Shown here: positions 1 to 11,349 of the stretch, in pieces
How the letters are laid out: every line of letters begins with the position of its first letter
How positions within the stretch are numbered: position 1 is the stretch's first letter
NCBI GenBank assembly: GCA_964016885.1
Contig: OZ024740.1
Coordinates: forward strand, 414,036,001-414,100,000
DNA length: 64,000 nt
Reading direction: 5' to 3'
From: Eledone cirrhosa
Lineage: Eukaryota
Notes under the pieces: model-generated
Told to the model about the DNA's origin: nothing
What the model saw: only the letters and a program-made list of their open reading frames with translations
The model's database searches: none
Translations under genes and position numbers: made by a program

Positions 1-298
1 TATATATATATATATATGTATATATATATAAACGGAAAAAAATGAAACAAAATTTCATTTCCCACTCTTAGTACGGCTGTTACTTAAATATAAGTATGCA
101 CACGTACATACATATATGTATACAGACGTACAGTAGTATGTATATATATATATAGATACATGCACACATATATATATGTATGTATGGATTCTCCGAACAT
201 TTATTATAATGCTCGGTGTGTTTATAAACAAACATCCCGTATTAAGCCATAGTGTCCAGCAACCATCGTTGCTCGTTTGCTCAACACTGACAAAGGAA

Positions 299-339
299 CG
301 CTGTACTAGTTTCAAGCTTATTAGCTATCGTCAACAACG
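299..339 (-). ncRNA. Degenerate minimal type I hammerhead-like motif
   Basis: Minus strand reads cgttg-TTGACGA-t-AGCT-aata-AGCT-t-GAAA-CTAG-TA-cagcg. It has the hammerhead layout (core CUGANGA here with C3>U), a stem II hairpin, a palindromic stem III and stem I cgttg/cagcg. Confidence 0.45.
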
Positions 340-353
340 GGGTCTTACTGGTT

Positions 354-397
<44 letters not shown>

Positions 398-590
398 ATT
401 ACTTATTTTTGCATAGCGAACGTTTCCACGAACCAAAGTATCGTCTTCCTGTCTTCCTCCGGTTGCAACGTTTTTTGAAATATCCACTTCTGCGTTTACA
501 GATTGACTTTGTTAGTTTCAGAAGATCCCGTTAAGGGTGAAAGCAGCGATTCTTTGCTTAAACTTTAATCTGTTATTTTAATATATATAT

Positions 591-778
591 ATGAGACGGC
601 TTTTTCTAGACTTTAGTCCAGAAATAGTCGTCGAAACGGCTTGAGCTCTGCCGTCGGGGTCATACTTTCTCTTATTACCCTACTATTCTAAGTATTGAGT
701 ACTACTCTACTATTCTAAGTATTGAGTACTCTGGCGCGTTATGGTCCATCTGGTTCCTTACCACAACTCCTCCGTTAT
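591..778 (+). mobile_element. Short (TA)n-embedded repeat, family 'H1' (3' half of hammerhead plus tail), 5'-truncated
   Basis: Reads ATGA-GACGGCT...AGTCGTC-GAAA-CGGC-ttgagctct-GCCG-TC-GGGGTC, then a tail ending ccttaccaca...cgttata. Flanked by (TA)n. Homologous to 801-992, 16245-16562, 38627-38768, 41299-41438 and 45610-45670. Confidence 0.75.
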
Positions 779-800
779 ATATATATATATACATATATAT

Positions 801-990
801 AGGAACAAGTAAGACCCCGACGGCTGAGCTCAAGCCGTTTCGACGGCTAATTCTGGACTGAATTAGCCGTCGAAACGGCTTGAGCTCAGCCGTCGGGGTC
901 TTACTTGTTCCTATTACCCACTCTACTACCCTAAGTATTGAGTACTTTGGTGCGTTTTGGTCCACCTGGTTCCTTACCACATTTCCTTCG

Positions 991-992
<2 letters not shown>
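801..992 (+). mobile_element. H1 family copy with perfect 53-bp-arm palindrome at its 5' end
   Basis: 801-853 is the exact reverse complement of 860-912 (loop tggact). The same roughly 80-nt tail follows, and there is (TA)n on both sides. Confidence 0.85.
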
Positions 993-1070
<78 letters not shown>

Positions 1071-1077
<7 letters not shown>

Positions 1078-1409
1078 TTGGTGCTCTGAAATAGCGATAT
1101 ATATATATGAATGTATATATAGTGTATTTTGCAATACACTGTATCCTTAATTAAAAGCATTTCGAAGATCTTGCACTATTGTTTTAGAGTAGTGACAGTG
1201 TCACTTACTTTATATTTTCAGCAAACAGGAGAGATAAAGCTGACAGAGCTCTGTTTTGTACTGATTGGTACTTATCAAAGCCAAGTACTCCACCTGTTTG
1301 CTGAAAATCATGAATGTTTGCTTCTTATAGAATTATAGTAATAATCAGGAACTGATTATTACTATTGCCGGTCATATATATATCGCTATTTCAGAGCACC
1401 AATTCTAAT
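1071..1409. repeat. About 38-bp inverted repeats enclosing nested hairpins and a decayed hammerhead-like motif
   Basis: attagaattggtgctctgaaatagcgatatatat (from 1071) is mirrored at 1372-1409. Internal pairs are ttttcagcaaacagg/cctgtttgctgaaaa and tagtaataatcag-gaa-ctgattattacta. Confidence 0.75.
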
Positions 1410-1499
1410 TTTCAATTTCTTCTTGACCGGCAAAGACCTCCCTCTGGAAGAAACAATTGTCAGCAAATAAATGTTCTAAACTAAAATTTGATCGTTTTA

Positions 1500-2160
1500 A
1501 CACTTTATATATATTAATAAAAGGAATTCCAACTTTGTTTGATTTACTCGTTTTATTTACAATCCTTTAAAATTATAATGATATTATAATGAAATAGTAT
1601 GGTAGAATATTAAATGTTAAATGTTAATTGAACAGGTACTTTCATGCTTTCGCAATCTTCAGGTTCATATTCTGTGGTGACAGTCAAGTTTGCAATTTTC
1701 AACTGTAACGAGATGGCGTAAGTATGTGCCTTATATACAGTAAAAAGAGGCTACAGAATGCTAAGTTTTGCAAACTATATTTCGACCAATCGGTGTGTAG
1801 TTTCACTGGATTGCTAAAGCTGATTGGTTTAGGCATCACGGTTGGTTGAGCATGTCTAACGACTTCTATTTGACCCTATCCAAAGCATCAATTGTTTTGC
1901 TATTTTTAGAAATGTTGAAAATAGCACTTTCTATGGTTTTTATAAAAAATCTTATGTAATCATCAACATCAACATCACTTTTATTATTATTATTGTTGTT
2001 GTTGTTGTTGTTAGTGGTGGTAGTCTACATGATCGTAGGCGTAGTCATACCCCTAAAATTATTATTGTTCATTTAGCTTGGGTTGGAATTTATTAATAAA
2101 ATACTTTTCTTTAATTTTTCTCTTGATTTCACTCGGGCTGTGAAGTTTGTAGAATGGAAA
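1500..2160 (-). mobile_element. Decayed Penelope-like element 3' end (GIY-YIG C-terminus, 3' UTR and hammerhead relic)
   Basis: About 2135-2070 on the minus strand translates to SEIKRKIKEKYFINKFQPKLNE, a typical PLE endonuclease C-terminus. 1630-1666 minus reads gaac-CTGAAGA-t-TGC-GAAA-GCA-t-GAAA-GTAC-ct-gttc. Boundaries are approximate. Confidence 0.55.
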
Positions 2161-2166
2161 TATTAT

Positions 2167-2249
<83 letters not shown>

Positions 2250-2280
2250 TTTGAATGGATACAGTTTAGTTGAAAGGAAT

Positions 2281-2397
2281 TTATTGACACGTGTTTCTAT
2301 AACAGTTACATAACCTAAAACAGCTATCTACAAACTTTTAGTTATGCAGACATTCAATATTTCAATGTTATTATTTACTGTCATTTCATCAGAATAA
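2281..2397 (-). ncRNA. Mirror copy of the hammerhead candidate in the left arm
   Basis: Reverse complement of 5535-5651. Confidence 0.7.
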
Positions 2398-2983
2398 TAT
2401 TACTGAGGACCTATTTAGTTTTTATAGAGAATATTAGGAGGGAGGGGTGAAGTTGTTAGAAGAATAGTTGAAGGAGTGGTTTTTCGATAGCAGTGAGAAT
2501 TCTTGGTGGCAGTGAGTAATTAGATTCCCATCTGTTGTTTTGACATTTTTTATAGAATATATTATTGGTTATTTTTCTAAATCTATAGAAGGATTAGAGA
2601 TAGTGAAGATATGCGTGGTTGGTTTTGTGTTTGCACTTAATTAACATTCAGACTTAAATTTTTCTTTCAAGTGTACGTATCCTTTCACCCACGCATTCAC
2701 ACACAAATATATTTGCACACCTCTACAAAATACATATACACACAATTCACATATTCATACTTACATATACATACACATGCATACACATATATATACACAC
2801 ATGTATTCATGTACATACATACGCGCTCATGTGTATACATTTTCATACTCAACTTATCTTTATATACACACGTATAGACACGCACATACATACATACATA
2901 CTCTAGTCCATGTGTACACACATTCACATACATACACATCCATATACACATATATACATACACATATATACATACATATATAC

Positions 2984-3046
<63 letters not shown>

Positions 3047-3347
3047 CATACACAAACATACATATACACACATACACATATATATATATATAAGCACTTT
3101 AATACATGAATACACTTACATCTAACTATACACATTAAACATATATATATATTTACTTATTTATATATATACATACTTATGGACGTTTTTAGACACATTC
3201 ATTATCGCATATTTGTACCTATTCTCATCAGCATATCTTTTCATTATTAGTATGGTAATTTAAGGTTATTAATATATGTTGAGAAGAGATTGTTTTTATA
3301 TTTTTCTAACTAGATTAAGGTTTATATAGTTGGGGGATGTCCCTCTT

Positions 3348-4484
3348 TTATGTAATATTCGGCTTGTAGTGGGAAAAAAGGGTTTTAGTTCTGTGACGGC
3401 AGAATAATGTTCGTTCAATTCTGTTATTCAGCAGTTTCTTCTTGTGTGTGATTATGTAATAAATCTCAAGATTACACAATTTGCAGAAATTTTGGCTCCT
3501 GGAAAAGCTTTGGGTTTTAGCTAATTTTTCCCATTTTAGGGTAAACTTTTGATCGCTATCCCTGAGCGTCCAAGCTTTTTCTGCTAGAGTTGTTACATTT
3601 CTTTGGCTCTGGTGTTTTATTGAGTAAGAATGCCTATACAATCGAGATTTAAACGATGTTGCCGTTGATCCCACGTAATACCACTCGTTGCCTCCGGATT
3701 TAATGGTACACTTATAAATAATATTTTTTTCCAGGCAGTTATTGCCGAGGGGGCAGTTGTCAGGATAGGTGCAGTTACAGTTGTGTACGTTGGGTTTTCT
3801 CTGGAGTAGTATTGCGGACGAACTTAGGTGTGGTTTATTTATGTTCTGTAGTGTATTGTCTACTGTTTTTTTTGTGTTCTTTGTACTTAAGTTCTTAGTG
3901 TTTTCGTTTAACCTTCTAGTATTGATCTTTTTTATGTGTTGTTCAAGGTTTAACGCTGTAGAGTATGACAGTCTTATAGTGGTAGGGTTTAGGATTTTGT
4001 GGTATTTGTGTGATGTGGGAAAATGTCTTTTAATTATTTTAAAGAAGAGTACTGGTAAATTTGTACTAATGGAGCTATTGTATTCGGGGTTATACCATAA
4101 GTACTCTTTGCATCGCTTTCTATTAGTTTTGTTTGTTGGTTTACTGGTGTGCATACTATGGTAGTAAGTGTGGTTTGGTCTTGTGTTATTATATCTACCT
4201 ATGTGGGATTTATTTTGGGTGTTTTGATTGTTCCCATCTATGTACTCTATTTTGTTGAGGTAGCCTGCTTTACTAAGGGCGTTATCGTAGTACTCGGCGT
4301 GTTCCTTAAATACTTGTATGTTAGAAGATAGACCCGAGATTCTAAGGGAAATATTTTTAGGGATAGATTTAATTATAGAGATGGGGTGGTTAGACCCAAC
4401 ATTTACGTATTTGAGATTTTCATTCAATTTATGAAACGGTTTAATCAAACCAGAGTTTAAATTGAGTGTGACATAATCACACAC
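3348..4484 (-). CDS. 5'-truncated Penelope-like ORF: RT C-terminal/thumb region, Cys linker and GIY-YIG endonuclease (378 aa open)
   Basis: Motifs: VTLNL..G..KPFHK, SNHPISIIKSIP (thumb), WYNPEY, CNC....CPLGNNCL, IIYKC...YYVGST...FKSR...H (GIY-YIG), CKLCNLE. The RT catalytic core is absent, and the first codons derive from the inversion junction. Confidence 0.9.
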   Translation of the reverse strand: MCDYVTLNLNSGLIKPFHKLNENLKYVNVGSNHPISIIKSIPKNISLRISGLSSNIQVFKEHAEYYDNALSKAGYLNKIEYIDGNNQNTQNKSHIGRYNNTRPNHTYYHSMHTSKPTNKTNRKRCKEYLWYNPEYNSSISTNLPVLFFKIIKRHFPTSHKYHKILNPTTIRLSYSTALNLEQHIKKINTRRLNENTKNLSTKNTKKTVDNTLQNINKPHLSSSAILLQRKPNVHNCNCTYPDNCPLGNNCLEKNIIYKCTIKSGGNEWYYVGSTATSFKSRLYRHSYSIKHQSQRNVTTLAEKAWTLRDSDQKFTLKWEKLAKTQSFSRSQNFCKLCNLEIYYIITHKKKLLNNRIERTLFCRHRTKTLFSHYKPNIT

Positions 4485-4897
4485 AAGAAGAAACTGCTGA
4501 ATAACAGAATTGAACGAACATTATTCTGCCGTCACAGAACTAAAACCCTTTTTTCCCACTACAAGCCGAATATTACATAAAAGAGGGACATCCCCCAACT
4601 ATATAAACCTTAATCTAGTTAGAAAAATATAAAAACAATCTCTTCTCAACATATATTAATAACCTTAAATTACCATACTAATAATGAAAAGATATGCTGA
4701 TGAGAATAGGTACAAATATGCGATAATGAATGTGTCTAAAAACGTCCATAAGTATGTATATATATGTGAAAATGTATATAAATAAGTAAATATATATATA
4801 TGTTTAATGTGTATAGTTAGATGTAAGTGTATTCATGTATTAAAGTGCTTATATATATATATATATGTGTATGTGTGTATATGTATGTTTGTGTATG

Positions 4898-4948
<51 letters not shown>

Positions 4949-5534
4949 GTATATATGTATGTATATATGTGTATGTATATATGTGTATATGGATGTGTAT
5001 GTATGTGAATGTGTGTACACATGGACTAGAGTATGTATGTATATATGTGTGTGTCTATACGTGTGTATATAAAGATAAGTTGAGTATGAAAATGTATACA
5101 CATGAGCGCGTATGTATGTACATGAATACATGTGTGTATATATATGTGTATGCATGTGTATGTATATGTAAGTATGAATATGTGAATTGTGTGTATATGT
5201 ATTTTGTAGAGGTGTGCAAATATATTTGTGTGTGAATGCGTGGGTGAAAGGATACGTACACTTGAAAGAAAAATTTAAGTCTGAATGTTAATTAAGTGCA
5301 AACACAAAACCAACCACGCATATCTTCACTATCTCTAATCCTTCTATAGATTTAGAAAAATAACCAATAATATATTCTATAAAAAATGTCAAAACAACAG
5401 ATGGGAATCTAATTACTCACTGCCACCAAGAATTCTCACTGCTATCGAAAAACCACTCCTTCAACTATTCTTCTAACAACTTCACCCCTCCCTCCTAATA
5501 TTCTCTATAAAAACTAAATAGGTCCTCAGTAATA

Positions 5535-5651
5535 TTATTCTGATGAAATGACAGTAAATAATAACATTGAAATATTGAATGTCTGCATAACTAAAAGTTT
5601 GTAGATAGCTGTTTTAGGTTATGTAACTGTTATAGAAACACGTGTCAATAA
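5535..5651 (+). ncRNA. Type I hammerhead ribozyme candidate with extended stem II (PLE pseudo-LTR)
   Basis: ttatt-CTGATGA(5540-5546)-a-atgacagt...actgttat-a-GAAA(5635-5638)-C-ACGT-GTC(5644-5646)-aataa. Internal helix gcataactaaaa/ttttaggttatgt. Confidence 0.7.
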
Positions 5652-5798
5652 ATTCCTTTCAACTAAACTGTATCCATTCAAATCTTTCTATTTTTCTCCG
5701 GATTACTTTTGGAACTACAACTGGAAGCGTCGAGCAAACTCTACGTGAGCTGATAATCTACTGTGTGTAATATTTATATTACAACACAACGGAAAATA

Positions 5799-5871
<73 letters not shown>

Positions 5872-6959
5872 CATGTGCACAAACGGATTATTGCAATGAC
5901 ATAGAGCAACTACGCTAAAATCACGTATAAGAGAAGTAGATTAAGTTGCCTGGTAGCTAATTAAAAATCAAAATAGAAAAACAATATATCTCTTCTAGAT
6001 TAATACCAATCTTCCGAGTATTTTCGTGTGGGTTTTAAATCCCTTGAGCAGAAAATAAATAAGTTGGAGGTATATGTACATGAACACATAAATAGAATTA
6101 TTAAGTCTGATATATTAGATGTGTTTGGTATTCTAAGAACACCGTAACGACATTTAAATTATAATTGTGTTGATTAAACATTGTCTTCGGTTTTGCAAGT
6201 TAAACATTTTAACAACTGAAATATTCTTTAGACTAAACACACGTTATGTATATTTTATTTAATATTTCCAAATATTAGCAGAAGTGGTACGTTAAAAAAT
6301 AAATAATGAAAATTTTAAACCTTTCCTGCACTTGAGAAATCCTTACAATTAACAGATATTTTTTGTTTCATTACTTTAAGTCGATCGTTGAGTTATCTGC
6401 TTCCCGATAGCATTAGCATCTGCGTCTTGTAATTTTAACAAGTGTGGGGATTCGCTTTTCAGAGAGCTAGCGTACGCGTGGCACGTAACATACTCTAACA
6501 CCCAACGAAATCATCAGCAAATAGATTTGAATTTTTAAACCATAAGCTAGTAGTTAAATACCGCTTCTCAATCTAGAACTTCTATTGTATAAAATGTGAT
6601 GTAGTTTAAATAATCAATGGTCTTGTGTAGCTTTATCAAAGCGGTTTGTATTAGTAGCGCTTGTAAGATATGTTCCGCTTCCTCTCACATTCACATAGGT
6701 CTTTTAATTTTGTTAATTATTGACCATCTGTAACCAAGGACACATATAAAAGAGAGAACGCTACTTTACTGTTCAAAGAAATATCTAATAATTTGACATT
6801 ACAATAAAAAGCGTCGAAATAAATAAAAAATTTAAGGTTATGTGTGTAGTAACTCTTAGTAAAATGGGATTGTTTTTTTTCCCCTTTAAGAAACTAATAT
6901 TCTAAATGTGAATGACGAATTACACACCATGTATAAACACACAAACGAATAACAATTCC

Positions 6960-7152
6960 AATTACCATGAGCGTGACACAGAATGTGATGAGGCTGGCCA
7001 TTCGAATTACATGTACAACTCATTTTTGCCAGCTGGGTGGATTGGAAGAACGTGAAATAAAGTGTCTTTCTCAAAGACACAACGCGCCGCCGGTAATCGA
7101 ACTAACATCCTTAGGATTGTAAGCCAAATACCCTAACCACAAAGCCAGACCC
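6960..7152 (-). mobile_element. Old tRNA-derived SINE
   Basis: Minus strand has an A-box-like gtggttagggt and a B-box-like agttcgattacc, followed by a ttgtgtctttgagaaagacacttta core. Diverged. Confidence 0.5.
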
Positions 7153-7434
7153 CTTCCCGAAATGAATAAATCTCTATACTACATTCATATTTCACACCAG
7201 CACTCTAGACTGTCACAATATCCACAGAAAATATCTGGAAAGCTGAAACGCTATATAATTCCAGATATTACATTTTCCATTTGAAGATGATATCACATAA
7301 TAATACACAATGAAAATAAAAAGAAAGAAACAAAGGTTAGATCAAAATGTATTGACTACTAGAACCCCTTTTTGTAGTATTTTCTACTAGTTGATTCTAG
7401 AAATGTTTGCCCTCATTAACGTAGCATCAATAAT

Positions 7435-7618
7435 TGTTTCTACTTTTGACACAAGACCAGTAATTATCCCGGTGTATTACTGGCATTTTATTTTATCGAC
7501 CCCGTAAGGATGAAAGGCAAAGATAACCTCGGCAGGATTTGAACTCAGATCATGAAGGGCCGTAACTCTATGCTGCAAAGCATGGTCTCCGACCCTCTAC
7601 AGATACTGCCAATCCACC
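7435..7618 (-). mobile_element. tRNA-derived SINE (Nin/Deu-core-like), young family
   Basis: ggtggattggcagta..gtagag (A box), gagttcaaatcc (B box), gcctttcatccttacggggtcgataaa core and agaaacaatt tail. At least six near-identical copies in the window. Confidence 0.85.
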
Positions 7619-7845
7619 AAGGATAGTATGAAATAATATTGCAACTATGGATTTATAACTCTCAGCAAGCAACCCCTGAGGCAGAAGGTTGCGATTGTGT
7701 AGAATTACTACAGAATAAACATGGTTAGAAAAAAAGCAGTTAGTTGGAATTATGCCTGTTAGACATTACAACATAAGCATGAGCTTTTGGTAAGCAATTA
7801 AAGGTCTTAATTTACGAGAAAAGCAACAATAAACAGTCAAATAAT

Positions 7846-8032
7846 TGTTTCTACTTTTGGCACAAGGCCGGCAATTATCCCAGTGTATTTCTGGTACTTT
7901 ATTTTATCGACCCCGTAAGGATGAAAGGCAAAGTTAACTTCGGCGGGTGTTGAACTCAGACCATAAAGGGTCGTAACTCTTTGCTGCAAAGCATGGCGTC
8001 CGACCCTCTACCGATACTGGCAATCCACCACC
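7846..8032 (-). mobile_element. tRNA-derived SINE, same family
   Basis: Aligns end to end with 7435-7618 and 43649-43832. Confidence 0.85.
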
Positions 8033-8940
8033 GTGTAAAGTAGCATCAATAATAGGCTGGAATTTTAAAGCTCATTTCTGTAATTAAGCACAAAAAAAGG
8101 TATTAAACAACGAATACCATATCTATTGCAAGAGAAATATATCGAGGTTGCTACTCTCTCTACTTTTCATTAATAAGGTTAACGAACATACGACACGAGT
8201 TTCGACACGAAAGCACATTTTATAATGCTACAGGAGGACAATCCACAAGCTTTTCTCTATGGATGACCTCAAATGCACGTTGGACTCTATACAGAAATAC
8301 ATGAATTCATAAAAAGAATTGATATGAAATTCAGTTTAGAAGTATGTAACAATGTACCTTTTGAAAGACGAAAATTAATAAGCGAAATACTAATGACATG
8401 AAACATTACAACATGCGCAAATAAAAGAAAGGATTGGGAAGGAATATTATATATCGCATTAGAGCAATACTTAAAATAAAGGTAAATGTAAAGAAAACTT
8501 TATTTTACTTGATCCACTCGACTTTTCCCCGTAAAGAAGACGTACTACTCTTTCTTTGCCCTTTTATATAAAGTTACATATTTCTTTCATTTTCCCTTTG
8601 CGATAACGAAGATAAATTTTAAAGATCAGAACGTTTTAATCATAAATGCATCTCTCATATGTGAAATTAGAATATGCTGAGCTTCTTTATAATCTCCACA
8701 TAGAATTTAGGAATCATATTTTACTGAACCAGCTTTAGATTTTACTCTGCTTCTTTTGCTGTACTTCATGCCGTGTCCAACTTTCAATGTTCCTAACAGA
8801 AACTATGCATGTAAGTAAAGAACCATTCCCAATTCCCAATGATTCAACAGATAAAGTTGTCCAAAAGACGGGAATTACTGTATATGCTGTTGGAAATGGA
8901 TTATCCATAATAAAATTGATGTCTCTCCTACTTCGTCTTC

Positions 8941-9032
<92 letters not shown>

Positions 9033-9475
9033 CGTAAAATAAGAAAATTATAAAATTAACTTACTAAAATATCACTTCCAACTAAATAGTTTCTGAAATG
9101 GAATAAATATATTTTCCGTAGAAAACATAGAGAATCATTTCGTCGTCAGGGAAGACTATTCTCATCTAAGTATCCAGGCAAAGCGTGGACTCTGGAAACT
9201 TATTCAAAAATAATTCAGTGGATAGAAAATAGCAAAGCGTGGACTGAATTCCTAGCCATTGAGAAAATCACTGCCTCTGCGTCGGTGGCAAATTCAAAAA
9301 GAATCAATCACGTGACATCGAGGTCAATCAGTGGAAAGTGGTTTGCTAATAAGACAGCGGCCTGCCTGGTACCATAGCAGCAGTCTTGGCCAATATTGCT
9401 CGACAAATAATTTGGAGATAATTATAAAGAATTAATATCTAGTAACATATATATACATACAGATGCATATCAATG

Positions 9476-9522
<47 letters not shown>

Positions 9523-10284
9523 TATATATAAATATATATATGTGTGTGTATGTGTTTATATATATATGTGTGTATAATTTCTTGCATTTTTCTATTACAC
9601 CGTTTTCTCCCATCTTCATTTATTTTATGAATGTGCAACAATGTATTATATTTTATGGAACTTATGATGTGTGTACTGCATGCAGGCACATGTACTCACG
9701 TGTACACATATAAAGACGGGCACTCACCTATTCACACACACAAACACACACACATATACGTACACATACTTTACAAACTTGCTGATATCTGCCCTAAAAG
9801 AAAATCTTCATGAATCTGCACGAAGCAGGTATATCAAAGTAATAAAGGTCACCACTGAAAATATTTTTCGTATTAATTCAAGAGATTATACTGAAAGGGT
9901 TTATAGCTTCTTATACCTTTCGTGCTCGTGGGGCGATTTTGGAATTCAGCACATTTAGCTGACAAAACATATAATTATTGTGTTAAGCTCTCCTCCTAGG
10001 GGGGTTCCAACGTGGTTTCAATTCTTAATTGAAGCTTCTTTTATGCCTGTAAAAATACAAATCTATAACGTAAACGTCAAGCTTTTTATATCCCATTTTT
10101 CTAGTAAAAGCATAAAAATATGGAATTGGCAATATATATTGCCATGTATTGACTTGTAACTTTTGGTGGAGTCGTAGTCGTGCCGTAAAGAGACACACAG
10201 CGTGTTTCTGGTAATTTGAACAAAGCCGATTTCTTCCATCGAATGAGAGAGAGAGAGTAATAAAGATGATGTGAGAAAAAGGTG

Positions 10285-10435
10285 TAAAGCACAATCGAGT
10301 ACTTCATAGGTATTTTTTATAGACCTGCAGAGAACAAAAGGCAAAGTTGTCCTAAGCGAGTTTTGAAATCAAGGCGTAGAGAGTCGGAACGAATACCACA
10401 AAATATTCTATTTTACGTTCGACTCAGCCAATACA
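10285..10435 (-). mobile_element. Highly diverged SINE related to the young family
   Basis: Remnants tttatagacc..gaacaaaaggcaaagttg..cgagttttgaaatca resemble the core and B-box region. Confidence 0.35.
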
Positions 10436-10654
10436 TCGTTTATATGCTGCAATACAGCAAGTGACTAGGCACACATATTAGGTTACTAAATACTGTGTTT
10501 CCAAGGGCAGAGGCCATAACTGATATCCAAATATCAGTTCTCGAAACTGAAAACGGAAAGAAGCTATGTTCTGACTATTTTACACCTCACCCTCAATATA
10601 TAAACTTGTACTAATCAGGGAAATTATTAATTCCTTTCATAGTCACAATCAAAT

Positions 10655-10900
10655 ATAGTGGTTAGAGGTTTGGCCTCACGATCCTAAATTTGTGAGTTCG
10701 TCTCTCAGACAGAATGAGGAGTTGTGTCCTTCAGCAAGACACTCGATTTCATGTTGTTTCAGCCCATTAAACTAAGGAAATGAGTATTAGCAGCTATTGT
10801 GGGTTAACCTTGCACTAAACAGCTGTCCTATTCGAGATGGGGTTTCGGATTCTCTGTCGCCTCCGACTTGATTAGTCTCTGGTCCTAGAGCAGACTTTTT
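10655..10900 (+). mobile_element. Old tRNA-derived SINE
   Basis: tagtggttagag (A box), gagttcgtctc (B-box-like), and a ttgtgtccttcagcaagacact core like 6960-7152. Confidence 0.5.
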
Positions 10901-11349
10901 TTAACAACTGTTTGGGGAGATTTAATCAACTATATCCCAGTCGAAAATATCTGGCATTGTGAAAATGTTAGAAATTAATATCATTCAGCAACCGACCTCG
11001 GTCCCCTTGCGTACATTACACTGGGAATGTTATCAAAAAAGGCTTTGGGCTTGCATTTTACAATTGTTCCTACCTACTCTGATGGTGCTGTGTTCAGAAA
11101 TGCCCTCGGAAATTTTTTTTTTTTTTTTTTACAAAACAAAATGTCAATTTCGTTATTAAATACAATACTGAAATAAGAAACTAACAAAAATCGAATAGTA
11201 TTTTCTATTGTTTAACAAATATATTAAATAAAATATTTAATTACGCATCATAAGATAGATATTACTGTCAAACTGGAGTTTCAGCTACTCAAGGAGTAAA
11301 CCTTTGCTGCTTTGTGTGAATAACTTGCATCACGACACTAGCGAACAGA

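Larger units (their letters stand above)
2243..5802. mobile_element. Penelope-like retroelement insertion with inverted pseudo-LTR arms (2243-3457 / 4471-5689) and a 3' tail (5690-5802)
   Basis: Near-perfect inverted repeat of about 1.21 kb, with a GIY-YIG ORF across the spacer and a hammerhead in each arm. Flanked by (TA)n/(GA)n on the left and (TA)n on the right. Confidence 0.9.

Noticed and set aside
519-550. CAGAAGA-t-CCC-gttaa-GGG-t-GAAA hammerhead-like string
   Set aside because: The core is mutated and there is no convincing stem I, stem III or NUH triplet.
2671-3135. Many ORFs rich in YI, VC or HT dipeptides (also 4807-5261, 34140-34666, 37743-38174, 41837-42705, 44627-44878)
   Set aside because: These are translations of TA/CA/GT microsatellites that lack stop codons, not genes.
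4696-4730. Second CTGATGA in the PLE arm
   Set aside because: There is no properly placed stem II, GAAA or cleavage triplet.
2243-5689. DNA transposon with long TIRs carrying a nuclease
   Set aside because: The arms include the ORF 3' end and 3' UTR, the ORF has RT-thumb motifs, and there is no transposase. An inverted PLE explains it better.
9100-9430. Possible Tc1-like transposase remnant
   Set aside because: Only faint motif resemblance, which I could not support by translation.
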